Source of the DNA: a virus
Lineage: Duplodnaviria > Caudoviricetes
Direction: 5' to 3' (one strand)
DNA: 37,389 nt
IMG/VR virus record: IMGVR_UViG_3300010362_000054
Coordinates: 1-37,389 of that record
Shown: positions 17,498-25,620 of the stretch, in pieces
Numbering within the stretch: position 1 is the stretch's first letter
How the letters are laid out: every line of letters begins with the position of its first letter
The notes under the pieces: model-generated
Databases searched by the model: none
Told to the model about the DNA's origin: nothing
The model's input: the letters and a program-made list of their open reading frames with translations, nothing else
Program-made: the position numbers and the translations under genes

Positions 17498-18741
17498 GCG
17501 TGCGCCAGAAAGCCGGGCGCTTCTACCCGGTCCTGTTCATGGGCCGCTACGACGCGAGGACGGGCAAACCCGTCTACAAGTGGTTCGGTGGCTTCGCTAC
17601 GCGCAAGGAAGCCGAGAGCGAGGAGCGCAAGCTGCGTATCGAGCTCGAGGACAAGGGCTCGGTCGATCGCAGCAAGGAGACGGTCGCGCAGTTCCTCGAG
17701 CGTTGGCTGGCCTACAAGTCAACCGACGGCACCGCACCAAAGACGCTGCAGGGCTACCAGGACATCATCAACACACGGTGGGTCCCGGCGATCGGGCACA
17801 TTCGTATCGATCGCTTGACCGGCGACGACATCCTCGACGCGCAGACCAGCTGGCTCCGCGATGGCGTCGTCGTCCACAACCGCGGCCGCAAGGGGCGCAC
17901 GGTCATCCCGAAGAAGCAGACGATCAAGAACTATCGGCGCTGCTTGCACACCGCGCTCGAGGATCGCTGCCGCTGGTCGGGCAACACGCTCTCGAACCCG
18001 TCCGATCGCGTGGCCATCCCGAACGTCGACGATGCCCCGGAGGTCATCACGCTCGAGGCTGACGAGGCGCGCGCGCTCCTCGCGGTGGCTTCGGAATCGA
18101 GCGACATCCGCGCACAGCTCATCGCCTTCGGCTTGCACATGGGCATGCGCCCCGGTGAGCTGCTCGGGCTGCGCAAGCGCGACGTGAACCGCCCGGGCGG
18201 TTTCATTCACATCCGTCAGACTGTCGCGCAGCTGCGCAAGCGTGGTCTCGTGATCCAGGAGAATCACGCCAAGAACCGCAACTCCAAGGCACCGGTGGAG
18301 CTCACCGCCGGCGCCGACCAGGCGCTGCTGCGCGCCGCGGTGATCCAGAGCAAGCAGATCCAGCTGGCCGGTTCAGCCTGGGTCGACCACAACCTGATCT
18401 TCACCAGCCCGACCGGCGGGCCGATCAATCCGCAATGGCTGCGCGCCCACCTGAAGAAGCTGCTCGAGCAGGCCGGCGTCACGCGCATCGCGCTCAAGGA
18501 CCTGCGCCACACCCACGCAACGATCCTGCTCGGCGACGGCGTGCACCCGAAGCTCGTCCAGGAACGGCTGCGCCATAGCCGCATCAGCGTGACGATGGAC
18601 ACCTACTCGCACGTCACGCCAACCATGCGCTCGGGCACCGCGTCGCGCTTCGACGGCCTCGTGGTGACACCCATATGGGAAAACGTATGGGAAAAAGATG
18701 AGACCGAGGCTCAAGATTCCGAACAATCGTTCGCATTTTGA
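17494..18741 (+). CDS. int: Tyrosine integrase
   Basis: N-terminal arm-binding region (GGFATRKEAE), SAM-like core-binding region, catalytic GMRPGELLGL, K(NRNS), KDLRHTHAT, RLRHS, DTYSH. Confidence 0.95.
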   Translation: MSVRQKAGRFYPVLFMGRYDARTGKPVYKWFGGFATRKEAESEERKLRIELEDKGSVDRSKETVAQFLERWLAYKSTDGTAPKTLQGYQDIINTRWVPAIGHIRIDRLTGDDILDAQTSWLRDGVVVHNRGRKGRTVIPKKQTIKNYRRCLHTALEDRCRWSGNTLSNPSDRVAIPNVDDAPEVITLEADEARALLAVASESSDIRAQLIAFGLHMGMRPGELLGLRKRDVNRPGGFIHIRQTVAQLRKRGLVIQENHAKNRNSKAPVELTAGADQALLRAAVIQSKQIQLAGSAWVDHNLIFTSPTGGPINPQWLRAHLKKLLEQAGVTRIALKDLRHTHATILLGDGVHPKLVQERLRHSRISVTMDTYSHVTPTMRSGTASRFDGLVVTPIWENVWEKDETEAQDSEQSFAF

Positions 18742-18933
18742 GATTGGAATTGGGGAGGCGACGACCGGATTCGAACCGGTGATCGCGGTTTTGCAGACGG
18801 CCGGAGCCCCTCCCGTCCGTTACAAATGGTCCCTCGTCAGCCCTCGTCTGATCTCAGGCGAGGGTTGTTTGTACCCCGCCTCACCCCTGCGTTTGTAACG
18901 GTCCCTCGGCCTGTATGGGAATTCATATGGGAA
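18674..18933. repeat. Integrase arm-type binding sites flanking attP
   Basis: TATGGGAA pairs at 18674/18686 and 18914/18926. Both pairs have a 12-bp period, the same orientation, and lie exactly 240 bp apart, on either side of the core. Confidence 0.75.
18754..18798 (-). mobile_element. attP core: 3' half of tRNA-Cys(GCA)
   Basis: Reverse complement GTCTGCAAAACCGCGATCACCGGTTCGAATCCGGTCGTCGCCTCC gives anticodon loop CT-GCA-AA, T-arm ACCGG-TTCGAAT-CCGGT, acceptor strand CGTCGCC and discriminator T. The 5' half of the tRNA is absent. Confidence 0.9.
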
Positions 18934-19040
18934 AAATCGATCGGTAGCGATGCATTTTCGCCGGCCCCGATCAGGGCGATGAGCGTGTCGAGCGCGACGA
19001 TGATGCGCTGGCGTTCCTGGGCCTCGGCCTCAGGACTCAC
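18837..19040 (-). CDS. Possible small protein downstream of xis
   Basis: GTGA overlap with the xis stop; helical N-terminus (MSPEAEAQERQRIIVALDTLIALIG), but the C-terminus runs across the attP arm sites. Confidence 0.35.
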   Translation of the reverse strand: MSPEAEAQERQRIIVALDTLIALIGAGENASLPIDFSHMNSHTGRGTVTNAGVRRGTNNPRLRSDEG

Positions 19041-19258
19041 GAGCCTGCCAACAACTCGTCGATCGCGTCGCGCGGGATGACGATGCGGTGGCCTTCGGCG
19101 CCGAGGCGGAGCGCGCGCAGGCGCCCGGACCTGACCAGCTCGTAGACACCGTTGCGGCCCACGCCCAGGACCGCGGCGGCCTCGGCGACGTTATACGTGC
19201 GACGCTCGGATGGTGCGGCGCGGGGCGGATTGGGACGCTCAGTGCTATCGGTGGACAT
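19037..19258 (-). CDS. xis: Excisionase / HTH_17 DNA-binding protein
   Basis: TYNVAEAAAVLGVGRNGVYELVRSGRLRALRLG...RIVIPRDAIDELL; adjacent to attP. Confidence 0.85.
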   Translation of the reverse strand: MSTDSTERPNPPRAAPSERRTYNVAEAAAVLGVGRNGVYELVRSGRLRALRLGAEGHRIVIPRDAIDELLAGS

Positions 19259-19314
19259 GCGCCACAGTCTGAGCGGCCTGGGCGCCAGCTAAAAAGCGGA
19301 GGAAACCCCCGACT

Positions 19315-20169
19315 TTATCCCCCGTTCCGACCCTGCGGGTTGTGGATCACGAAGCGGCTGACGTTCGGGTTGTTGACCACGATGCTCGATTCGAACTTGA
19401 GCGTCGACGTCTGTGGGATGAACGTGACTGTTGGGGTCGGCATGGCGAAGAGCTGGTCCGGCGGATTGAGATCCACGACAAACTGGCCGGGCTTGGGCGG
19501 ATTGGCGATGAGCTGCATCGGCGCTGCGCGCTGCACGGTGTACACGTAGCGCGGGTCGACGTTGCTTATGTCCGTCTGTTTGGGTTCTGGCGATCGCGGC
19601 GGGCCTGCGATACGTGCCACGCAGTAGAAGCGATCGTGCTTGGGGCCGGTGTAGCGCACATAGACCTCGACAGGCAGCCACTTGCCGTCAGCGCGCAGCA
19701 GCTCGGTGCTGATGCTGTCGATCTCGGTGCACGTCGGGTCTGAGCGGAGCTGCTTGATCAGATCACGGTGCTCGCCACTGAGCGTGGCCGTGGCGCCGCG
19801 CAGCAGCGACAGCGCGCACTGCTTGTTGACCAGGTCCTCAGGATGGCGCCGCAGCGCGTGCGCGAGGGCGGCGTTACCCCAGGTGATGTCGTACGGCGCG
19901 TGTCCCCAGATCAGACACACGAGCAGGCTCTCGTCGGTCGGCAGCAGTGGCCAGGGCAGGTTGCGGTCCTTGATGTAGTCGCGCAGCCCCTGGTCGCTGA
20001 GGCCCACCTTCGCGCGGTAGCCGGCGCGCGTCTCGCGCAGGTTGTGTTTGGCGTGCAGGTCGGCTCGGTACTCGACAAACTTGTCGAGGGCCGTCTCGAG
20101 CGTGATCTTGGACGAGCCCTCCGGCCGTCCAGGGGTGCCATTAGCCGCGGACACCATGTCACCGATCAA
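19315..20169 (-). CDS. Putative HTH + PAS-domain regulator
   Basis: GRPEGS then an HTH-like segment TRAGYRAKVGLSDQGLRDYIK. PAS-like ITWGNAALAHALRRHPEDLVNK and PAC-like ELLRADGKWLPVEVYVRY...FYCVARI. GGGAGG RBS upstream. Confidence 0.65.
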   Translation of the reverse strand: MIGDMVSAANGTPGRPEGSSKITLETALDKFVEYRADLHAKHNLRETRAGYRAKVGLSDQGLRDYIKDRNLPWPLLPTDESLLVCLIWGHAPYDITWGNAALAHALRRHPEDLVNKQCALSLLRGATATLSGEHRDLIKQLRSDPTCTEIDSISTELLRADGKWLPVEVYVRYTGPKHDRFYCVARIAGPPRSPEPKQTDISNVDPRYVYTVQRAAPMQLIANPPKPGQFVVDLNPPDQLFAMPTPTVTFIPQTSTLKFESSIVVNNPNVSRFVIHNPQGRNGG

Positions 20170-20456
20170 CAGACAATCCCTCCCATGCTCTGACCTGCAC
20201 TTGGTCCCGCGTGGCCGCGGTCCTTGGGTTGGGGCCCTCCAGGGGCAGGTGGAATGAACTCGCCTAGTGTGCGCTTAAGCTTACGGTCAACGAAAAGCCC
20301 AAGCTAACCACCAATAAATTGCGCGCCACCCGCGAACCAGACAGGGTAGCACGTCGGACAGCGGTCGGACGGATAGCGGACGCCGGGTGGCGGGGAAAAA
20401 TTTGGGGGTTCGCTGGTCTTTTACGTTGGCGGTGAGCCGCTTGAGACTGACTTGCC
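20170..20456. promoter_or_regulatory. Divergent control region between the HTH-PAS gene and the rightward early operon
   Basis: About 290 bp without a credible ORF, with AT-rich patches, CGGAC x3 at an 11-bp period (20355, 20366, 20377) and inverted repeat CGCCACCCG/CGGGTGGCG (20324/20384). Confidence 0.55.
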
Positions 20457-20627
20457 ATGAGCACCGCGGTCCCGCTGACCAAGCGCGTGTGTCTCGACGT
20501 CGATCTCGATCGCTGGTCAGTGATCGAGCGGCTGGCTGAGCTCGACCGGCGCGAGCCAAGGGCATACGCCGCACTGCTGCTCGAACGTTTCGCCGACCAG
20601 GCCGAGCCGGACGACGAGGCGGCGTAG
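20457..20627 (+). CDS. Ribbon-helix-helix (Arc-like) protein, putative (56 aa)
   Basis: Not in the track. MSTAVPLTKRVCLDVDLDRWSVIERLAELDRREPRAYAALLLERFADQAEPDDEAA: alternating beta-strand followed by two amphipathic helices; first gene of the rightward operon. Confidence 0.6.
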   Translation: MSTAVPLTKRVCLDVDLDRWSVIERLAELDRREPRAYAALLLERFADQAEPDDEAA

Positions 20628-20631
20628 TCCG

Positions 20632-20928
20632 ATGTCTGAGACGACCCTGGGCGGAGCCGTGCCCATGACGAGAGCGCAGATGCTGCCGCAGGCGCGCGCC
20701 GCGCTCGAGGATCACCTCGAGGCCGAGCACGGCGACCTGAGCGACATCAATCGGCTCGCTGATGCGGTGTACCGCGCGGCGCGGGACGACACGGTGACGG
20801 CCATGCGAGCGTTCACCGGGATCGAGGATCACCTCTACCGCGCAGATCGCCATCTTCAGGATGCCGCGCAGGTCATGGGGCGCCTGGTCGCGTTCTGGCG
20901 TGAGCTCGACGGGGAGGAAAGCGCGTGA
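20632..20928 (+). CDS. Hypothetical helical protein
   Basis: 98 aa, coding-like codon usage, coupled to the next gene. Confidence 0.65.
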   Translation: MSETTLGGAVPMTRAQMLPQARAALEDHLEAEHGDLSDINRLADAVYRAARDDTVTAMRAFTGIEDHLYRADRHLQDAAQVMGRLVAFWRELDGEESA

Positions 20929-21302
20929 ACCGCGTGCTCGCAGCGATCGTGCTCGCGGTAGTGATCACGCTGCTCAGCATCGCCCGCACGCGTGCGCAGG
21001 AGGCCGAGGACTACGTCTACACCTCGGCTGATGTGATGGCCGCGATCGACGATGCCAGTGTCACGTATGGCGTCTCGTGGTGGTGGCTTTACCGCATCAC
21101 TCTGTGCGAAACGGGCGGCACATTGTCGCCATATTCCATCGGCCGGCAGCGCGAGCTCGGCCCCGTTCAACTGCACCCGAAAGGAGAGTTACCGAGGTTC
21201 TACGCCCGCGGAAACACCAACCCATTCAACCCGTACGAAGCGCTTCCGTACCTGGCACAGCGCATCAATGAAGGCGCTGCTCGTGCCTGGTCCTGCGCCT
21301 AA
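20925..21302 (+). CDS. Secreted lysozyme-like/transglycosylase (Rpf/SLT-like) protein
   Basis: Signal peptide (MNRVLAAIVLAVVITLLSIARTRA), CETGG with putative catalytic Glu, GPVQL, NPFNP, terminal AWSC; GGAGG RBS. Confidence 0.7.
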   Translation: MNRVLAAIVLAVVITLLSIARTRAQEAEDYVYTSADVMAAIDDASVTYGVSWWWLYRITLCETGGTLSPYSIGRQRELGPVQLHPKGELPRFYARGNTNPFNPYEALPYLAQRINEGAARAWSCA

Positions 21303-21325
21303 CTTATTCATTAAAGGATTGACTC

Positions 21326-21853
21326 ATGCCGCGCCGACCAAGTGCCTCTGGCTTTTCGCTATCCATCGACGATGACTTCGACGAAACAAAGTCTCACCGC
21401 GTTCGCCTTGACGATCTCGAAGAGACGCAAAGCCGCGTCGACGGCGCCAAGGATGGCGAGATGGCCCTCATCTGGAAGTTGAACCTGTACCGCGACGACG
21501 GGACCGCCTACGAGGACCCGCGCACGGGCCAGGTGTTCGAGGTGTGGGAGTGGTCGAGCGATTCGATGTTCAAGACGGCCAAGGGCCGCGGCTTCGTCCA
21601 CGCGTTCCTGGGCAAGGAATGCACCGACGACGAGGTCGATGTTTTGATCGACGCCGGCTTCCGCGAGGGACTGGTCGGCAAAACGGCGGTGGGCTCATTC
21701 GAGATCCGCACAGATCAGAACGGCAATGAGCGTCTGAAGCTGCTGCTGCTGCGTCCCGACCGGGCAGCGACTCGCCGAGCCGCGCAGCCGGCACCCGAAC
21801 CAGAGCCCGAGCCGGTTGCGGCGCGGCCACGCCAGCGTCGCATTGACGACTGA
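21326..21853 (+). CDS. Putative SSB-like / replication accessory protein
   Basis: 175 aa, acidic, beta-rich core (GLVGKTAVGSFEI) with a disordered tail; AAAGGA RBS. Function inferred. Confidence 0.4.
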   Translation: MPRRPSASGFSLSIDDDFDETKSHRVRLDDLEETQSRVDGAKDGEMALIWKLNLYRDDGTAYEDPRTGQVFEVWEWSSDSMFKTAKGRGFVHAFLGKECTDDEVDVLIDAGFREGLVGKTAVGSFEIRTDQNGNERLKLLLLRPDRAATRRAAQPAPEPEPEPVAARPRQRRIDD

Positions 21854-22836
21854 TGGCTCAGACGGGGACCGATCTGGCGATCATCGATCCGCGGGATAGT
21901 TCCTCGGACCTCGCGTCGCTTTCCAATGATGAGCTTGACCTGCGGATCGCCGAGGCGACCGGCCATCTGGTCGGTGCCTGGAAGCATACGCTCGAGTGGG
22001 CCTGGTCGCTCGGCCGATACCTGGCTGAAAAGCGGCGTCGCGTCAAGGAGCGTGGTGATAGCTGGCTCGATTACGTCAGGGACTGCTTGCCGTTCGAGCG
22101 CAGCCAGGCACAGAACCTGATCGACCTGGGCGAGGCTGATTACCAATTTATTGGTAACTTGCCACCGGGCACGACGGTTACCGAAGCAACGCTGGCATGG
22201 CAGCGGCACCGCCGCGGGCCACGGGCGTTGCCCTCACCGCGCGAGCCCAGGCGTGCGCCACTGTGGCGGGCGATGGTCGATGTTACGCCCGCCCAGGTGA
22301 TCACGCTCATGCTGGCGGTGTCGTTTCCGGACGCGCGCGAGTGCCTCGACCCGACCTACGGCTCGGGCAAGTTCTGGGACGGCTCGGCACACGTCAACGT
22401 GACCGGCCACGACATCCTGGCCGAGCGCTCCGCGGCCGGGCCGATGGATTTCCGCAACCTGATCTACGGCGACCAGAGCTTCGACGTGGTCACTTTCGAC
22501 CCGCCGCATAACGAGCACCCCGGCCAGAACTCGATCATGGGCCAGCGTTTCGGCACGGCCAGCCGCGAGCTGACGATGGCCGGCGCGCGCGAGTGCTGGC
22601 GCGTGTGCTCGATGGGGCTGATCGTCAAGGTCACCGATCAAGTCCACGGCGCGGTGTGGGTGAGCGAGTCCGATTGGGTCGGCGAGGCACTCGATTGGCA
22701 CCCGCTTTACGAAGTTGTCACCCAGGTCAATACCACTCCGACACCACGTGGCTGGAACTGGGGCGAACAGTACTCGTCCTACAACAACTGCTCGACGTAT
22801 CTGGTGTTCAAGAAGGGAAACCAGCGGCATGGCTAG
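21853..22836 (+). CDS. DNA amino-methyltransferase-like protein with a helical N-terminal (DUF3102-like) domain
   Basis: Motif I-like CLDPTYGSGKFW and motif IV-like VVTFDPPH. N-terminal AWSLGRYLAEKRR...WLDYV...FERSQAQNLI. Confidence 0.7.
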   Translation: MAQTGTDLAIIDPRDSSSDLASLSNDELDLRIAEATGHLVGAWKHTLEWAWSLGRYLAEKRRRVKERGDSWLDYVRDCLPFERSQAQNLIDLGEADYQFIGNLPPGTTVTEATLAWQRHRRGPRALPSPREPRRAPLWRAMVDVTPAQVITLMLAVSFPDARECLDPTYGSGKFWDGSAHVNVTGHDILAERSAAGPMDFRNLIYGDQSFDVVTFDPPHNEHPGQNSIMGQRFGTASRELTMAGARECWRVCSMGLIVKVTDQVHGAVWVSESDWVGEALDWHPLYEVVTQVNTTPTPRGWNWGEQYSSYNNCSTYLVFKKGNQRHG

Positions 22837-23131
22837 CGAGATCGAGACGTACCTGCGCGGTGAGGCGCGCAAGCATCCGGCGCGCTGGAATTGGAACGGC
22901 GAGCACTTACTGATCAGTTCCGATCGTGCGGTTGTCGATTCGAGTGGATTGCCGAATTTCGTCATCACCAGTGTGTTGCTGGAGCCTGACGAAGCGCGGT
23001 CGCTACGCGACTGGCTGAACGAGTACCTCGACAACGACGGCGATCTGGCTGCGAACATCCGCGGCGACTACGGCGACAACCCCTACCGGCCGGAGCTCGA
23101 CGATGAAGGCGACAGTGAGCCCAATGTCTAA
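22829..23131 (+). CDS. Hypothetical protein (100 aa)
   Basis: Start re-called at ATG 22829 (MASEIETYLRGE...). Confidence 0.6.
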   Translation: MASEIETYLRGEARKHPARWNWNGEHLLISSDRAVVDSSGLPNFVITSVLLEPDEARSLRDWLNEYLDNDGDLAANIRGDYGDNPYRPELDDEGDSEPNV

Positions 23132-23336
23132 CCCGCCAAACAAGCGTGATTCGTTAGATGGACTCCGGAGCATTCCGGATCTGTGGGCGCTCTACAAACG
23201 GCAGCCAGCGTCAGTGCAAGAGGCGTATCGCGATTGGTGGGACGAACGCGTCGAGACGAAAGCTGCCCATCGTGATTGCCTCGAACCATTTCTGGCTGGC
23301 TTCAAAGCGGGACAGGGAACGCTCGTCCGACGCTGA
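23124..23336 (+). CDS. Hypothetical protein (70 aa)
   Basis: MSNPPNKRDSLDGLRSIPDLW...FLAGFKAG; fills the gap with overlaps. Confidence 0.55.
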   Translation: MSNPPNKRDSLDGLRSIPDLWALYKRQPASVQEAYRDWWDERVETKAAHRDCLEPFLAGFKAGQGTLVRR

Positions 23337-23683
23337 TGGTCCGCTCGCCGGTCCGCGGGCGCGCCGCGGTGCACGCGCTGGTGACTGAAGACCAGTTCGA
23401 ACGCTGGACGGCCGGCGTCGCCAAACGCGGCGGCTGGCACGGCGTCCACACGCGCAAGAGTTTCGGGGTGATGATGGGCGTCTTTGTCGAAGACGCGTTC
23501 GGCATCCCTGACTGGATTTTCTCGAACGGTGTCCGCACCATCTGGCGCGAGCTGAAGAGTCAGCGCGGACGCGTCAGCCCACAGCAGCGCGTGTGGATCG
23601 ATCGCCTCGTGTCGTCCGGCCAGGACGCCAAGGTGTGGCGTCCGTCGGACGAACGCGAGATCCTCGAGACGTTTGCAGCATGA
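23336..23683 (+). CDS. VRR-NUC domain nuclease
   Basis: GIPDWIF...WRELKSQRGRVSPQQRVWIDRL...VWRPSD; start at ATG 23336. Confidence 0.85.
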   Translation: MVRSPVRGRAAVHALVTEDQFERWTAGVAKRGGWHGVHTRKSFGVMMGVFVEDAFGIPDWIFSNGVRTIWRELKSQRGRVSPQQRVWIDRLVSSGQDAKVWRPSDEREILETFAA

Positions 23684-25620
23684 GCCCGCACGAGGCAGCT
23701 TTGCTCTACGCCAGTCTCGGCCTGCTGGTGGTTGCACTCCACACGCCCGATGAGAACGGGCTATGTGATTGCCACGCGCCGGACGTCACCGACCCCAAGC
23801 ACCCAACTGGCAAGCACCCGCGCACGCGCAACGGGCTCGACGACGCGACCACCGACGCCGAGAGGATCAACCGCTGGTGGGGTATGTGGCCGCACGCCAA
23901 CATCGGCGTCGACCTTGCACGCTCCGGGCTCGTGGACGTGGCGCCGGATTCGGCGAGCTGGCAGGGGACATTCATCGCCAACAATCGCATTGAGCGCGTG
24001 CCCGACACGCTCAGCTTCGCCTCTGGCGGGGGGCCTGGGCACGAGCACATGCTCTATGTTCGCACCGAGGATTGTCCGGTCTATCGGCTGACCAGGACCG
24101 GCGAGTTCGACCTGCTCAGCGCTGGCTACGCGGTCATGCCGCCGAGCCTGCACAAGAGTGGGCTGCGGTACACCTGGCAAAACCCACGCGAGTGGAGCCA
24201 GCTCGTCGCCGGTCCCACGGTACCGCAACCCGATTGGGCCAAACAGATGCTGCGCGCCAAGCAACGACCTGCGGGACAGCAAGACTTGCCCCACAGCGAT
24301 CCCGGCGCTCCCCCGGTCCGCTTGCGCGGTGACGCGCTGGAGCGCTGGTATGGGCGCGTTTACGACACCAATCCGCAGACTGGCGAGCTCGATCGCAGCT
24401 ATTCGTTGTGGTCGCTTGCGGTGGCGTTGCTCGAGGCCGGGCTGCAACCACCATTCGTCGCGGATCTGCTTGCTGAGCGGGACGTGGCGCTCGGCTGGAC
24501 GAAGTTTTCCGGGCGACGCGATGCCGCGCGACGATACGCGATCATTGTCGAGCGCGCGCGGAGCTCGCAGGGGCCGCGGCGCGTGCGGTTGAACGGTAGC
24601 GCCGCCACTGCGACGAAGCCGCCTTCTCCGCAGCAACGCCTGATCGACTGGCTGACGGCCGAGCAGATCGCCAGCATGGAAGACGAGCAGATCACCTGGT
24701 ACGCGCATGGCCTGCTCGGCGCCGGCCTGATCACCGAGCTCGACGGCAAGGTCAAGCAGGCTGGCAAGACCACGCTGGTGCTGGCGATGGCGCGCGCCAT
24801 CCTCGAGGGCGACGACTTCCTCGGCCAGAAGACGACGTATTCGCCGATCGTGTACCTGACCGAGCAGTCCGGTCCGTCGTTCAAGCGCAACCTGAAGCGG
24901 GCTGGCTTGCTCGGCCGCGCGGACCTGCACGTCCTGCTGTGGAGTCGCGCGATTGGGTTGAAGTGGGAGTTTGTGGTTGCCCAAGCGCAGCTGCGCGCGG
25001 TCGAGGCCGGCGCCAAGGTGTTGATTGTCGACACCCTTGGCCAGTTCAGCGGCATTCGCGGCGACCAGGAGAACAACTCCGGTGCGGCGATGGTGGTCAT
25101 GGAGCCGCTCCAGGCGGCAGCGGCCGGCGGGCTGGCGGTCCTGACCAGCCGGCACGATCGCAAGAGTGGGGGCGATGTCGGTGACTCGGGCCGCGGCAGC
25201 TCCGCGTACGCCGGCGCCGTCGATGTCGTGCTGCACTTGCAGCGGCTGCAGGGCGGCAACACCAAAGGCAAGGAGCGTCAACGCATCGTCGAGGGCATCA
25301 GCCGTTTCGAGGAGACGCCCGACAAGCTGTTGATCGAGCTCGGCCCGAACGAGCCGCACATGTTCTCTGCGCTTGGCGACGCTGACGTGCTCAAGGACCA
25401 GACGATGCGGCGCGAGATCCTGGCCAGCCTGCCGACCAATCCTGACGACGCGATTGGCCGCGATTCGCTGAAGGAATCGGTTGGCGGCAATGACGAGGAC
25501 CGCGGACGCGTGCTCAACGACCTGATCAAAGAGGGGTTGGTGCGACGCATCGGGCTTGGCAAAAAGGGCGACCCGTACCGCTACTACCAGCGCGTCTTTT
25601 TCGAGGATGACGGTGACTGA
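23680..25620 (+). CDS. Bifunctional primase/polymerase (Prim-Pol) domain fused to an AAA_25/RecA-like helicase
   Basis: Start ATG 23680. GKHP...NGLDDATTD...WW..WP.ANIG, GHEH, YAVMPPSLH.SG..Y.W; Walker A GKVKQAGKT, Walker B LIVDT, H.RK, RGSSA; C-terminal wHTH-like region. Confidence 0.9.
   Translation: MSPHEAALLYASLGLLVVALHTPDENGLCDCHAPDVTDPKHPTGKHPRTRNGLDDATTDAERINRWWGMWPHANIGVDLARSGLVDVAPDSASWQGTFIANNRIERVPDTLSFASGGGPGHEHMLYVRTEDCPVYRLTRTGEFDLLSAGYAVMPPSLHKSGLRYTWQNPREWSQLVAGPTVPQPDWAKQMLRAKQRPAGQQDLPHSDPGAPPVRLRGDALERWYGRVYDTNPQTGELDRSYSLWSLAVALLEAGLQPPFVADLLAERDVALGWTKFSGRRDAARRYAIIVERARSSQGPRRVRLNGSAATATKPPSPQQRLIDWLTAEQIASMEDEQITWYAHGLLGAGLITELDGKVKQAGKTTLVLAMARAILEGDDFLGQKTTYSPIVYLTEQSGPSFKRNLKRAGLLGRADLHVLLWSRAIGLKWEFVVAQAQLRAVEAGAKVLIVDTLGQFSGIRGDQENNSGAAMVVMEPLQAAAAGGLAVLTSRHDRKSGGDVGDSGRGSSAYAGAVDVVLHLQRLQGGNTKGKERQRIVEGISRFEETPDKLLIELGPNEPHMFSALGDADVLKDQTMRREILASLPTNPDDAIGRDSLKESVGGNDEDRGRVLNDLIKEGLVRRIGLGKKGDPYRYYQRVFFEDDGD

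Noticed and set aside
18490-18610. Inactive integrase (KxxR instead of HxxR, LRH instead of LGH)
   Set aside because: These substitutions are tolerated in tyrosine recombinases; both Arg, the Lys, the second His and the Tyr are present.
18754-18830. Complete tRNA-Cys gene
   Set aside because: Only the anticodon loop to the 3' end is present; there is no D-arm or 5' acceptor strand and the anticodon stem is mismatched. Interpreted as the attP core.
19280-19335. Intrinsic terminator between the HTH-PAS gene and xis
   Set aside because: A T-run exists on the minus strand but I could not find a convincing stem in front of it.
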